This document shows positions 45,665-55,754 of a stretch of 64,000 bases of DNA, piece by piece (the first letter of the stretch is position 1; each line of letters opens with the position of its first letter). Source of the stretch: Dehalococcoidia bacterium. GTDB lineage: Bacteria; Chloroflexota; Dehalococcoidia; Lucifugimonadales; SHYT01. A program made the translations under genes and the position numbers. Under the pieces are notes generated by a model. It made no database searches. It saw only the letters and a list, made by a program, of their open reading frames with translations, and had not been told where the DNA came from. The stretch covers positions 53,092-117,091 of the forward strand of contig SHXZ01000003.1 of NCBI GenBank assembly GCA_009693045.1, in the 5' to 3' direction.

Positions 45665-46912
45665 TCACACGTACTGCCCAGCGCAGTAGCCGGAAGCCCA
45701 GGCCCACTGGAAGTTGTACCCACCGAGCGGCCCCGTCACGTCCACCGCTTCGCCAATGAAAAAGAGTCCGGGCGCCTTTACGGCCTCCATCGTCTTGGAC
45801 GAGAGGCCGGTGGTGTCCACGCCGCCAAGAGTGACCTCCGCCGTCCGGTAGCCCTCCGTCCCATCGGGCGAGATGCGCCAGTCCTTCAACGTGTCAACAG
45901 CGGCGCTAAGGTCCTTGCTGGAAAGCTGGGCCATGGCCCGGTTGGGCAGCCCTGTCTCGCACATCGCCTCCACGAAGCGCCTGGGGAGCAACGCCGAGAG
46001 GATAGTCTGCAGCTCCGCCCTTGGCCTGGCGGTCTGCTGCTCCTTCAGATGGGCAAGCAGGTCAAAGCCTGGGAGCAGATCAAGATGGACCTCCGCGGCC
46101 TCTTGCCAGTGGGATGAGACCTGGAGAATCGCTGGCCCGCTCATGCCCTTGTGGGTGAAGAGCAGGTTCTCCGCAAAGCTGGCGCCCACGCAGCTCGCGA
46201 TGCAAGGGATAGAGACTCCGGCCAGGCGTCTGCACAACGCGAGATCCTGGCCGCCACAGGTGAACGGGACCAGTGCAGGCCGGGTCTGCGTAACCTTGAG
46301 CCCAAACTGCTGGGCAGCCACGTAGGCGAAGCCGGTCGCGCCCATTTGAGGGATGGAGAGCCCTCCAGTGGCCACCACCAGCGAGTCGGCGGCAACAGCC
46401 CCAAGGTCCGTCTCTATCAGGAAACCGTCGCCGCCCCGGATGCTGACGACCTTGCACTGCAAGCGAACCGTCACCTTGGCCGCTTCGGCTTCGTCCAGCA
46501 ACATCCGAACAATCTCCGTCGCGGAACCGTCGCAGAAGAGCTGTCCCAGCTTCTTTTCGTGGTAGGCAATGCCATGCTTTTCCACCAGCGCGATGAAGTC
46601 CTGCGGCGTATACCGCGTCATGGCCGAGACGCAGAAGGCCCTGTTCTCCGACTGATAGCAATCGGGCGTGGCGTACAGGTTGGTGAAGTTGCAGCGCCCG
46701 CCGCCGGAGATGAGGACCTTTTTGCCGGCCTTGTTGGCGCGCTCCAGCACCAGCACGCGGCGCCCTCGCTTACCGGCTCCAATGGCGCACATGAGGCCCG
46801 CCGCCCCGGCGCCAACGATCACCACGTCATACCGCTCAACGCCAGGGTCGCCACGACGCGAAGGTGATGTGGCTGCAGCGAGATCATGCGCCGCTGGATC
46901 AAAAGTGTTCAT
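45665..46912 (-). CDS. NAD(P)/FAD-dependent oxidoreductase, HI0933/BaiN-like flavoprotein
   Basis: Track ORF 45665..47035. I place the start at Met 46912. It has YDVVIVGAGAAGLMCA (GxGxxG), ..GGGRCNFTN.. and the C-terminal ..FFIGEAVDVTGPLGGYNFQWAWASG... Confidence 0.85.
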   Translation of the reverse strand: MNTFDPAAHDLAAATSPSRRGDPGVERYDVVIVGAGAAGLMCAIGAGKRGRRVLVLERANKAGKKVLISGGGRCNFTNLYATPDCYQSENRAFCVSAMTRYTPQDFIALVEKHGIAYHEKKLGQLFCDGSATEIVRMLLDEAEAAKVTVRLQCKVVSIRGGDGFLIETDLGAVAADSLVVATGGLSIPQMGATGFAYVAAQQFGLKVTQTRPALVPFTCGGQDLALCRRLAGVSIPCIASCVGASFAENLLFTHKGMSGPAILQVSSHWQEAAEVHLDLLPGFDLLAHLKEQQTARPRAELQTILSALLPRRFVEAMCETGLPNRAMAQLSSKDLSAAVDTLKDWRISPDGTEGYRTAEVTLGGVDTTGLSSKTMEAVKAPGLFFIGEAVDVTGPLGGYNFQWAWASGYCAGQYV

Positions 46913-47156
46913 GGCACACCCAAGCTTAGCACTGGTCGGAGCCCCAGCGTATGTCCAGGAACATTCACTCCAGGATCTTTCAATTCTGCCATGCTGAACG
47001 GAGCGAAGCATCTCTCCTGGCTCCAAAGCCTCCACCTGACGCGCGATGATTCCAGATGTCCGCTGTTTCGTCGGCCCCAGGATGCCTTAGTTGCTGAGAA
47101 CTGCAAGGCCCTGACACTCTCCCTGAGGCCTGGCCTTTTTGAGGTTCGCCGGCTTC

Positions 47157-47342
47157 TTATACCAGCTCTGTTAGAAAGTGGTGCGAACCCAACCATGCCA
47201 TTCTGAGGGAGCGGAGCGACCGAGGCCTGCCCTCGACCCTGAGCGCACCGAAGGGGAAGGGAATCTCTTCACAGTACGTTACCCCCCCTGATACCTGCGG
47301 AGATTCTTCGCGGAGTTTACCTTGAGAGTCGGTGAACCAATG
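47157..47342. repeat. family A composite repeat with an internal insertion, as in the copy at 2225..2375
   Basis: ttataccagctctgttagaaagtggtgcgaacccaaccatgCCATTCTGAGGGAGCGGAGCGACCGAGG-cctgccctcgaccctgagcgcaccgaaggggaaggg-AATCTC...GAGATTCTTCGCGGAGTTTACCTTGAG.. Confidence 0.8.
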
Positions 47343-47370
47343 CCGACGTCCGCGTCGCCGCTCAGATAAT

Positions 47371-47409
47371 GGGATCCCTCCCCGACGCGGAGAGGGATTG
47401 AGGGAGAAG
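47371..47409. repeat. family C hairpin repeat
   Basis: gggatccctccccgacgcggagagggattgagggagaag. Confidence 0.65.
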
Positions 47410-47646
47410 TGGAGGGTGTAGCCGACGGGGAAAGGTCAGCCCATCGTCCTAGCCCCTTGCCCCTCCTCGAAAAGTCCAGTCTCTGGAATCTGCGCAATCT
47501 ACGGATTGTCTCTCCACCCTGCCATCCGCCTCTTACCCAAAGCACCTCGTCAAGCGTAACCTTGAGTCATGGCCCTTCAAAGTGCGCCCTCCCACTGCTT
47601 GCGGAAGCCACCAGCCCACGAGTCGCTGGCGCGCCTCAGGGCCTTG

Positions 47647-47729
47647 GTCATTCCGTGTGCCGTTCCGCGCCCACCTCTCGTCATTCCGAGCACCTCCCTT
47701 GTCATTCCGAGCGGAGCTCGGGATCTCCC
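47647..47729. repeat. three closely spaced GTCATTCCG(AGC) units (short form of family A)
   Basis: gtcattccgtgtgcc..., cgtcattccgagcacctccctt, gtcattccgagcggagctcgggatctccc. The same core occurs in the 125-bp tandem at 7648..7900. Confidence 0.7.
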
Positions 47730-48062
47730 TCCATCCCTTGCTGAGCAACAGCCCGCGCGAGGAAACAGATCACTCGCCAGGAGCCTGCGCTTAGCAACCA
47801 GAGCGAGTCCAAAATAGGCAATTCTTGGGAGCGCGCGCAAACGCACCGGACCCGTCACGGCCAGCTATCCATATCCAAGACCGCAACGAAAACAACTCCT
47901 GCCAAAGCTGGACAACACAAAAAGACAAAGCCATCAACGTCCGCCTCTCCGTCTTTCCCCGAAGGATGGAAAGGACGCGCGCAGCACGCGCCGCCGTCCC
48001 TCTAGGTCGGTGTTGCGCATGGTCCATGGCGCTCCAGAGGCGATCCTTGCCCCGGAGCACAA

Positions 48063-48094
48063 GGAAACCCGCCGGATGCCTCCGGCGGGTTTCC
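48063..48094 (-). terminator. 14-bp perfect hairpin just past the transposase-fragment stop
   Basis: GGAAACCCGCCGGA-tgcc-TCCGGCGGGTTTCC. The U-tract is weak. Confidence 0.4.
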
Positions 48095-48113
48095 TACAAG
48101 GCTCCCTACGCTG

Positions 48114-48530
48114 CTACTTGAGCCGAGGTCGCCCCGCCGCGCTCCGGCGGTACGCCTCCATACAGCGCTGCCGTTCCTGCGGATCCAGCGTCGCCAGGAA
48201 CGCCGTCCAGATGGACTCCCACGCGCCATGCTCCTGCCAGTCTAGGAACCGGCGGTGGCGCGTGGCTCGGCTGGCGTACTGAGGCGGCGCGTCACGCCAG
48301 CGCCACCCGTTGCGCACCACGTGCAAGATCCCATTGAGCACCTGTCGGTCGTCCGCCCGTGGCCGTCCGACGCCCTTCCCTCCAGGCATCACCGGACGAA
48401 TGTGCTCCCACTGCGCGTCAGTCAGCTCTTGACCGGCTACCGGTTCGCTGCGGGCGACGGCTTCTCGCTCGACTACGTCAGGCATTTCGTCGCACTTGCT
48501 CCTGCCTACAAGATGGTGGGCCGCCCTCAC
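48114..48530 (-). mobile_element. IS5-family transposase N-terminal fragment (DUF4096-type ORF-A only; no DDE domain follows)
   Basis: ..LTDAQWEHIRPVMPGGKGVGRPRADDRQVLNGILHVVRNGWRWRDAPPQYASRATRHRRFLDWQEHGAWESIW.. is typical of the N-terminal region of IS5/IS427-group transposases. The downstream 300 bp shows no DDE-like ORF, and I identified no terminal inverted repeats. Confidence 0.7.
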
Positions 48531-48683
48531 CGGCGATGTCCTTGGAAAGAAGCGTCATTTAGCGTACCGCCCTTGCTTGCCGCAAGCAAGCCCGAACCTT
48601 AGGGTGAAAGCGCTTGCAAAAGACGCGGGGCCTGCAGTTGAGATCTGCAGGCCCCGCTCGCCTTGTCGAATCCTTGGTTTCGG

Positions 48684-49946
48684 CTAGGCCTTGGCTAGCT
48701 CCTGCTTGTGCTTGGCCCAGACGTCGGGCCCAATGCCGGTGCCGTCGTTGGACTCAAACGGTCCAACCAAGCCCATCTCCTTGCTCATCTCGCGGAGGGC
48801 GGGCAGGACCTCGGAGCCCATCAGCCGGAAGCTGCGCATCTGGTCGTCGTGGGTCATGGCACCGTCGCCATCCCAAATGTAGAGCGTGCCCGGGCGCAGA
48901 AGCCCCAACACATGGCGGAGCTTGGCCAGGACCGTCTTCGGCGTGCCGGAGACGATGCTGTACTGCTCAACCTGGGTCTCGTAGGGGGCGCGGAAGGTGG
49001 AGGCGGTGCTGGCCGCGCCGCCGGTGCGGGCGCCAAGCAGCGCCGCCTGGCGCTTGCGCGAGTCAGCAGACGAAAGCCCCGGCAGACCGGTGAACAGCGG
49101 CGCCGCAGCGGTGTTCCCCGCGATGAACGGGTTCTCCGCGCCGCTAATGTAGCGACGGCCTACCTGGTCGGCCAACTCCTCGGTCTCATCCGCGTGGACC
49201 TTGAACAGGTAACCAAGGTTCTGCGAGCCGGCCTTGTAGCCGAACTCCTGCGCGCACTCAAAGTAGTAGTCAAACATCTCTTTGGTAGGCCCCAGCAAGG
49301 TCGCAAGCATCACGTACGGATAGTGGTGCTGCGCCGCCCAGCGCACAGTCTCCTTGCTGGCGACGCCGGGGATCATCGCAGGCGGGTGCGGCCTCTGGAA
49401 CGGCATGGACCAGGGATTCACGTACCGGTACTGGTAGTGCTTCCCTTCCCACCGGAAGGGGCCCGGCGTGGTCCACGTCTTGACGATGAAGTCGTGGGCC
49501 TCCTCGTACCGCTCGCGGTTGTACGCGGACGGCGCGTTGTGCGCCACGCTCTCCGACGGCGCCCCGCGCACCCAGCCGCTCACCAGCCGCCCGTGAGAGA
49601 TCATGTCAATCATGGCAAGCTGCTCGGCCAGCCACAGCGGGTCGTCCCAAATCGGCAGTACGTTCCCCAGGATGCACAGCTTGGCCCGCTTGGTCTGGCG
49701 GGCCAGGATGGCGACGCCGACGTTCGTCACCCCCTGCATGCAGAACGCCGTGCTGTGGTGCTCGTTGAACATCAGCCCGTCAAACCCGATCTCCTCGGCG
49801 TACAGCTTTTCGTCCAGGTATCGGTTATAGAGCTGGCGTCCAACCTCCGGGTCGTAGAGCTTGTTGCTAACATCCAGGCGAATGGTTCCCAGGTATCCCT
49901 GCGTGGCGTCCTGCCAGGGCTGCTCGGTGAAGTGCCCGATGAACAT
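48684..49946 (-). CDS. LLM-class flavin-dependent oxidoreductase (about 420 aa, paralog 1)
   Basis: Track ORF of 420 aa (MFIGHFTEQPWQD...NEHHS...LAEQLAMIDMISHGRLVSGWVRG...). Confidence 0.85.
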   Translation of the reverse strand: MFIGHFTEQPWQDATQGYLGTIRLDVSNKLYDPEVGRQLYNRYLDEKLYAEEIGFDGLMFNEHHSTAFCMQGVTNVGVAILARQTKRAKLCILGNVLPIWDDPLWLAEQLAMIDMISHGRLVSGWVRGAPSESVAHNAPSAYNRERYEEAHDFIVKTWTTPGPFRWEGKHYQYRYVNPWSMPFQRPHPPAMIPGVASKETVRWAAQHHYPYVMLATLLGPTKEMFDYYFECAQEFGYKAGSQNLGYLFKVHADETEELADQVGRRYISGAENPFIAGNTAAAPLFTGLPGLSSADSRKRQAALLGARTGGAASTASTFRAPYETQVEQYSIVSGTPKTVLAKLRHVLGLLRPGTLYIWDGDGAMTHDDQMRSFRLMGSEVLPALREMSKEMGLVGPFESNDGTGIGPDVWAKHKQELAKA

Positions 49947-50064
49947 CCCTTGCCCTCCTCGCTGGCTGTGCCTTTACGCATGGCTTTCTGCTGGACAGAG
50001 TAACGGCAATCTTGACGCAAGCTCGTAGCGCCGTCAAGAGGGATAACGAGACAGCATGGGTATG

Positions 50065-50096
50065 AGGTTGGGCTGTGGAGCCACGCAGCCCAACCT
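50065..50096 (-). terminator. 11-bp hairpin between the two LLM paralogs
   Basis: AGGTTGGGCTG-tggagccacg-CAGCCCAACCT. There is no clear U-tract. Confidence 0.3.
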
Positions 50097-50157
50097 CCCA
50101 AGGACCGCAGCCGTGAACTCGCCTGGCGTTTGATTTCCGTGGCGTGTCCCTGCGCCG

Positions 50158-51423
50158 CTATCCTCTCAAGGGAGCGACCGACTTCATCTTGGCCCAGGCC
50201 TCCTGGTCAAAGCCCGTGCCGTCGTTCACCTCGTACGGGCTGAGCAAACCAAGCTCCTTCCCCATCTCCTTGGCGGCGGGGATCACTTCCTCCCCCATGA
50301 GGCGCAGGCTCCGCACCTGGTCATCGTGGGACATGGCGCCATCCCCGTCCCAGAAGAAGATGGTCCCCGGCCGGAGGTACTCCAGGATGTGACGGACCTT
50401 GGGAATGACGGTCTTTGGCGTTCCAGAGATGATGGTGTAGTCGCTAAGCTGATCGTCGTAGGTGCGGAAGCGCGCCCCCTGGCGCCCTCTGGGGCCGAAG
50501 GCCGCCGCGCCCAGCTGCGCGGCGCTGCGAGGTCTCATTCCGGGGAGCACGGTGAGCCAGGGCTTCACGGTGCCCTCGTTGCCGGCCAAAAATGGGTTAC
50601 TAATGCCTTCAATGTACTTGCGCCCGACCTCGTGCGCCTGCTCTTCGGTCTCCTCCACGTGCACCTTGAATAGGTAGCCCAGGTTCTGGGTGCCGGACGT
50701 GTACCCCTGTTCGGCGGCGGAGCGGTGGTACAGTTCAAACGCCTCTTTGGTGGCGTCCAGCTTGGTTGCGAGCTGCACGATGGGGAAATGATTCTGAGCG
50801 CACCACAGCACCGTGTCCACGCTCACCGTGCTGGGGATCCAGATGGGCGGATGGGGTTTCTGGAACGGCATGGACCAGGGGTTCACGTACCGGTACTGGT
50901 AATGCTTCCCTTCCCAGCGGAAGGGCCCCGGAGTCGTCCACGTCTTGATGATGAACTCGTGGGACTCCTGGTGGCGTTCCCGGTTGTAGGCTGGGACGGC
51001 GTTGTGGGTGATGCTCTCCCGGCCACCGCCGCGCACCCAGCCAGAGACCAGCCGCCCGTGGGATATCATGTCAATCATGGCAAGCTGCTCGGCCAGCCAC
51101 AACGGGTCGTCCCAGAGCGGGATGAGGTTGCCCAGGATGGTGATCTTGGCCTTGGTGGTCTGCCTGGCGAGGATGCAGGCCTCCACGTTCGTGACCCCCT
51201 GCATGCACCCCGGCAACGAGTGATGCTCGTTGAGCATCAACGCCTCAAACCCAACCTCCTCGGCGAACAGCTTCTCGTCGATGTACCGGTTGTAGAGCCT
51301 GCCGCCAATGGCGGGGTCATAAGCCTCGTTGCTGATGGCCAGGTCCGTGATGCCGGTGCCGCCCTTGCTGAAGTCAAGCCTGGGGTCCTGCCAGGGCTGT
51401 TCATTGAAGTGACCGATAAGCAT
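50158..51423 (-). CDS. LLM-class flavin-dependent oxidoreductase (about 421 aa, paralog 2)
   Basis: Track ORF 50158..51501. I place the start at Met 51423 (SD AGGAGGA; MLIGHFNEQPWQD..). It is collinear with the 48684..49946 product and shares long identical blocks (PLWDDPLWLAEQLAMIDMISHGRLVSGWVRG, KTWTTPGPFRWEGKHYQYRYVNPWSMPFQ). Confidence 0.85.
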   Translation of the reverse strand: MLIGHFNEQPWQDPRLDFSKGGTGITDLAISNEAYDPAIGGRLYNRYIDEKLFAEEVGFEALMLNEHHSLPGCMQGVTNVEACILARQTTKAKITILGNLIPLWDDPLWLAEQLAMIDMISHGRLVSGWVRGGGRESITHNAVPAYNRERHQESHEFIIKTWTTPGPFRWEGKHYQYRYVNPWSMPFQKPHPPIWIPSTVSVDTVLWCAQNHFPIVQLATKLDATKEAFELYHRSAAEQGYTSGTQNLGYLFKVHVEETEEQAHEVGRKYIEGISNPFLAGNEGTVKPWLTVLPGMRPRSAAQLGAAAFGPRGRQGARFRTYDDQLSDYTIISGTPKTVIPKVRHILEYLRPGTIFFWDGDGAMSHDDQVRSLRLMGEEVIPAAKEMGKELGLLSPYEVNDGTGFDQEAWAKMKSVAPLRG

Positions 51424-51661
51424 CCCGTCCTCCTGCTGACGACGCGCTAAACGAGCCATCGCTTCCCCATCGTGGCGCGTTGCTGCCCAAGTATATCGCA
51501 ACGTTTGGCTGTGTCAATCTCGGATGCTCGGTGCGTACAAGACGGGAACGGCCATTACCGCAACACTGTGCCAAAATGCAACGATATCCGTCACATGCTA
51601 AACAGCAGCCAGGGTTATGGCTGGAAGACCAGACTACCTCTCGCGCCATCGAGATGGGTTC

Positions 51662-52171
51662 TCACTCGCCGCCCCCGGTCCCTGGGGGAAAGGCGCCCCA
51701 GTAAACCACGCCCACCCGGCCCACGGCCCCGGCCAGCTCCGCTATAGTCCGGCCCAGCGCGGGGTGCCGCACCTGCGCCGCAATGTCGGCCAGCGGGACC
51801 AGGACGAAGGTGCGCGCCTGCATTCGCGGGTGCGGCACTGCTAGGTCGGGTTCGCTAAGAATGCGGTCGCCGTGCAGCAGTAGGTCAAGGTCTATGACGC
51901 GGGGCCCGTTGGGGAACGAGGGTGTCCGCCCCATCTCGCTCTCAATGCGCCGTATCTCCGCCAGAAGCTCTCTGGGGGGCAGGTCGGTCTCTACTCGGCA
52001 CGCGGCGTTCAGGAACTTGGGCTGCTCGGTGTAGCCCACAGGGTCGGTCTCGTAGATGCGGGACACGGCAACGACCTTAATGCCGCGCTCGTTCATTCGC
52101 GTTAAGGCGCTGAGCAGATGCGCGTACCGGTCGCCGAGGTTGGAACCGAGGGCGACGTAGGCGGTCGTCAT
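51662..52171 (-). CDS. folK: 2-amino-4-hydroxy-6-hydroxymethyldihydropteridine diphosphokinase (HPPK)
   Basis: This is within track ORF 51662..52537. I place the start at Met 52171 (MTTAYVALGSNLGDR..IYETDPVGY..QP.FLNA...IDLDLLL...L..PHPRM..R.FVL.PL). Confidence 0.9.
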   Translation of the reverse strand: MTTAYVALGSNLGDRYAHLLSALTRMNERGIKVVAVSRIYETDPVGYTEQPKFLNAACRVETDLPPRELLAEIRRIESEMGRTPSFPNGPRVIDLDLLLHGDRILSEPDLAVPHPRMQARTFVLVPLADIAAQVRHPALGRTIAELAGAVGRVGVVYWGAFPPGTGGGE

Positions 52172-52220
52172 TTGTAGCCGGACGACGGCAAGCCAAGTGG
52201 CATAACCCAAATGGCCTTCT

Positions 52221-52802
52221 TCACGACAGTTGCGGGGGCCTTCGGCTGCCGCCGCGAAAGACGTCAGTGCCTCGGTAATGCGCGTTGATGTGGTTAATCT
52301 CACCCGCGTGGTAGAGGTCATGCTGGACCATAACCTGCATAACCCAGCGGATGTCCCGTGTCTGCCCAGATGATAAGGCGTAACCCGGCTGCCGCAGGCC
52401 GGTATCGTCCAGCGCAGCCAAGTGCGCCCGCAGACGGCGGTGGCCTTCGGCCAGCCAGCCCATAATGGCGACTCGCGAGGGCTCATCCGGAAGCCCCAGT
52501 ACGCCCGATTGCATCTCTTCATGGGTGAACGGCGCACTTGCGTGGCCGGAAGTGGACGAGCGGGGCATAGCGGGGCTGTTCCAGGTTACGCTCCGGTCGC
52601 CAAAGGCCTGGTTGTCGTACCGGTATTTGCAGGCTGCAATGTGCCCCACCATGTGGCGGATGGAGCGCTCGTTTCCCGGCGGCAGCCACAGCCAGGCCTC
52701 ATCGGGCACTGTGCTCAGGTTGGCGAGGAGCGAGTGCTCGCGGTTCTGGTCGTACGCCTGGTCCATGATGAGGAGCAGCTCATTAACTGCGACCTGGCTC
52801 AT
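52221..52802 (-). CDS. DinB-family (DinB_2/DUF664-like) metal-dependent protein, in the folP-folK operon
   Basis: Track ORF 52221..52823. The ATG at 52802 overlaps the folP stop (ATGA). The His pattern is typical of the DinB four-helix bundle (..IRHMVGHIAACKY.. and ..VQHDLYHAGEI..). Confidence 0.75.
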   Translation of the reverse strand: MSQVAVNELLLIMDQAYDQNREHSLLANLSTVPDEAWLWLPPGNERSIRHMVGHIAACKYRYDNQAFGDRSVTWNSPAMPRSSTSGHASAPFTHEEMQSGVLGLPDEPSRVAIMGWLAEGHRRLRAHLAALDDTGLRQPGYALSSGQTRDIRWVMQVMVQHDLYHAGEINHINAHYRGTDVFRGGSRRPPQLS

Positions 52803-53713
52803 TGAGCGCCTTCCTTTCTCCATCCACGTACAATTGCGTCCGCCACCCGTGCCACGCGGACCATCTCCTTCACGTCATGGACGCGAACGATGTCCACGCC
52901 CTTGGCGATTGCCAGCGCGACGGTGGCGGCGGTCCCCTCCACGCGCTCCTGCGGTGGCAGCCCGCCCAGCACCAAACCAATGTGCGACTTGCGCGACGTG
53001 CCAACCAGCATCGGCTTGCCGAGGGCCGCCTTGAACTCGTCCAGGCGACGCAGCAGCTCCAGGCTCTGCGCCGCGTCCTTGCCGAACCCGATTCCAGGAT
53101 CCACGATAATCTTGTCCGAAAGTACGCCTGCCCTCTCAGCGTTCCAGACGCTTAGCCGAACACCCGCGATTATGTCAGCCAGCAAGTCGCGATAGGCGTA
53201 GCCCTCCTGGTTGTACATGAGGATTATTGGCACTCCTGCCTTCGCGGACACACGGGCCAGATCCGGGTCCCGCCGAAGGCCCCACACGTCGTTGATCATC
53301 GCCGCGCCGGCGTCCAGGGCCTGGCGGGCGACCTCGGCACGGAACGTGTCCACGCTGATGGGGATGCGAAGGACTCCAGCCATGCGCTGGATGACCGGCA
53401 CAACCCGACTGGCCTCGTCCTCCGGTGAGACCTCCGCCGCACCCTCCCCATAGACCCTGCCCGGAGGCCGCGTTGATTGGCCGCCAACGTCAACGATGTC
53501 GGCCCCCTCATCCTGGAACCGGAGCGCCTGCTGCACTGCCGCGTCCACGTCAAGGCCGAGGCCGTCTCCGGAAAACGAGTCCGGCGTCATGTTGACCACG
53601 CCCATGACATACGTACGCTCTCCCCACCGGAACACGCCGTTGCCGATGCGGAGGCTATGATCGGTTGCGGGTGGCGTAGCCAAGAAAACCACCTTATGCG
53701 CTGTTTGCCCCAT
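52799..53713 (-). CDS. folP: dihydropteroate synthase
   Basis: ..[17 protein letters not shown].., ..[15 protein letters not shown].. and ..SVDT.. are canonical DHPS motifs. Confidence 0.9.
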   Translation of the reverse strand: MGQTAHKVVFLATPPATDHSLRIGNGVFRWGERTYVMGVVNMTPDSFSGDGLGLDVDAAVQQALRFQDEGADIVDVGGQSTRPPGRVYGEGAAEVSPEDEASRVVPVIQRMAGVLRIPISVDTFRAEVARQALDAGAAMINDVWGLRRDPDLARVSAKAGVPIILMYNQEGYAYRDLLADIIAGVRLSVWNAERAGVLSDKIIVDPGIGFGKDAAQSLELLRRLDEFKAALGKPMLVGTSRKSHIGLVLGGLPPQERVEGTAATVALAIAKGVDIVRVHDVKEMVRVARVADAIVRGWRKEGAQ

Positions 53714-53752
53714 TGTATGCCACTATGCCACATGGAACGAAGCGGGGACGAG

Positions 53753-53779
53753 CAGGGGCGATGCATGCCTCGCCCCTGG
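53753..53779. repeat. family B-like palindrome variant
   Basis: CAGGGGCGAtgcatgccTCGCCCCTG in the divergent folP/carboxyltransferase intergenic region. Confidence 0.6.
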
Positions 53780-53892
53780 CAAGAGAGCAACCGCGCCTTG
53801 CAGCCATCGCGTTGCTTGTGTTAGCATTTGGCCGTCTATCGCGCGCCGAACTTGTGGCAGCACTCGTATTTCACTGGACAGGACGTAACACC

Positions 53893-55461
53893 GTGACCAC
53901 ACAACAACAGGCCACGAACAAGGGCCCTCAGCAGATCCTCAAAGAAAAGCGGGAGCTTGCGAGCCTTGGCGGCGGCGCCGCCCGCATTGAGGCGCAGCAC
54001 AAGCGCGGCAAACTCACCGCCCGCGAGCGCATCACCAAGTTGCTGGACGAAAGTACCTTCCAGGAGCTTGATCCCTACGTGCTGCACCGTGAGACTGATT
54101 TCGGCCTGGCCGATCAGAAGTTTCTCGGCGACGCGGTGGTCACAGGCTGGGGAGAGATTGACGGGCGCAAAGTACTGGTCTATTCGCAGGACTTCACCGT
54201 CATCGGCGGCTCCGTCTCCGAGGCGGTCGCTCAAAAGATCTGCAAGGTCATGGACCTGGCCATGAAGGTCGGCGTGCCCGTCATCGGCCTCAACGACTCC
54301 GGCGGCGCACGCATCCAGGAGGGCGTGCTCAGCCTCAAGGGCTACGGCGAGATCTTCACCAAGAACGTCCTTGCCTCCGGCGTCGTGCCTCAGATTTCAG
54401 TCATCATGGGCCCGGCGGCCGGCGGTGCGTCGTACTCTCCGGCCCTCACCGACTTTGTGTTCATGGTCAAGGGAACCGGGCAGATATACATCACCGGCCC
54501 CGACGTCATCAAGGCCGTCACCGGTGAGGAGGTCACGCACGAGCAACTCGGCGGCGCGGAGACGCACACGACCAAGAGCGGCGTCGCGCACTTTGCGTAC
54601 GATACCGAAGAGGACTGCCTGAACGAGGTCCGCCGCCTTTTCTCCTTCCTCCCGCTGAACAACACGGATGACCCTCCCGCCTTTGATTCTGCGGACCCCT
54701 CCGACCGCAAGACCGAGGAGCTGCGGACCGTCATTCCGGAAGACCCAGTCAAGTCCTACAACATGAACGACATCATCCACGCACTCGTTGACGACGGTGA
54801 CTTCATGGGGGTTCACGAGCGGTTCGCGCCGAACATCATCGTCGGCTTCGCCCGAATGGCAGGCAAGTCGGTGGGCATCGTGGCGCAGCAGCCCGAGTTT
54901 TTGGCTGGCGTGCTGGACATCAACGCCTCAGTCAAAGCAGCCAGGTTCGTGCGTTTCTGCGACTGTTTCAACATCCCGATCCTCACGCTTATTGACGTTC
55001 CGGGCTTCATGCCTGGCACGGACCAGGAATACGGCGGCATCATACGCCACGGGGCCAAGCTGCTGTTCGCCTACGCCGAGGCCACGGTGCCCAAGGTGAG
55101 CGTGCTGACCCGCAAGGCCTACGGCGGCGCGTACCTGGTCATGAGCAGCAAGCACCTGCGCGGCGACATCAACTTCGCGTGGCCCACCGGCGAGATCGCC
55201 GTGATGGGGCCGGACGGCGCGGTCAACATCATCTACCGCAACGAGATACAGAAGTCCGAAAACCCCGCGCAGACGCGCGGCAAGCTGATCCAGGACTACA
55301 AGGACCGGTTTGCCAACCCGTACGTCGCCGCCAGCCACGGCTTTATTGACGACGTCATTGACCCCACCGAGACGCGGGAGAGAGTCATCAAGGCCTTCTC
55401 TCTGCTCCAGAACAAGCGCGACACCGTGCCCGCCAAGAAGCACGGGAACATCCCCCTGTAA
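53893..55461 (+). CDS. acyl-CoA carboxylase carboxyltransferase subunit (PccB / methylmalonyl-CoA carboxyltransferase 12S-like)
   Basis: This is within track ORF 53713..55461. I place the start at GTG 53893 ([44 protein letters not shown]..), which gives the usual length of about 520 aa. Carboxyltransferase sequence runs throughout. Confidence 0.85.
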   Translation: MTTQQQATNKGPQQILKEKRELASLGGGAARIEAQHKRGKLTARERITKLLDESTFQELDPYVLHRETDFGLADQKFLGDAVVTGWGEIDGRKVLVYSQDFTVIGGSVSEAVAQKICKVMDLAMKVGVPVIGLNDSGGARIQEGVLSLKGYGEIFTKNVLASGVVPQISVIMGPAAGGASYSPALTDFVFMVKGTGQIYITGPDVIKAVTGEEVTHEQLGGAETHTTKSGVAHFAYDTEEDCLNEVRRLFSFLPLNNTDDPPAFDSADPSDRKTEELRTVIPEDPVKSYNMNDIIHALVDDGDFMGVHERFAPNIIVGFARMAGKSVGIVAQQPEFLAGVLDINASVKAARFVRFCDCFNIPILTLIDVPGFMPGTDQEYGGIIRHGAKLLFAYAEATVPKVSVLTRKAYGGAYLVMSSKHLRGDINFAWPTGEIAVMGPDGAVNIIYRNEIQKSENPAQTRGKLIQDYKDRFANPYVAASHGFIDDVIDPTETRERVIKAFSLLQNKRDTVPAKKHGNIPL

Positions 55462-55518
55462 TGGCGCTCCTGTCCTCAAGCCGCGGAGCTGGCCCACACG
55501 CCGAAAGGTCGTTCGCCG

Positions 55519-55749
55519 ATGGTCTTTGCCGATCGCAACGGCGATAGTCCGGTCTTGCGGGCAGTTGTGCTCGCCGCTGTGGACCTGTATCTCGCTGACG
55601 AAGCAGCGGTTGAGGCCCCGCGTAAGACCGGAAGCCGATGGCGCGCGGCTGAACGGCCCTTCCTCAAACAGCCGACGCTCTGGCGCACCCTGGCGTGGGC
55701 TGAGTCCCGCCACAGGATGAGCACATTCAAGAACGCTTCAGGAACATAG
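55519..55749 (+). CDS. possible small accessory subunit (76 aa) between the carboxyltransferase and 5S genes
   Basis: Track ORF. ..PVLRAVVLAAVDLYLADEAA...SRWRAAER.. loosely resembles the small OadG-like or epsilon-type proteins found in such operons. This is weakly supported. Confidence 0.3.
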   Translation: MVFADRNGDSPVLRAVVLAAVDLYLADEAAVEAPRKTGSRWRAAERPFLKQPTLWRTLAWAESRHRMSTFKNASGT

Positions 55750-55754
55750 CCGTT

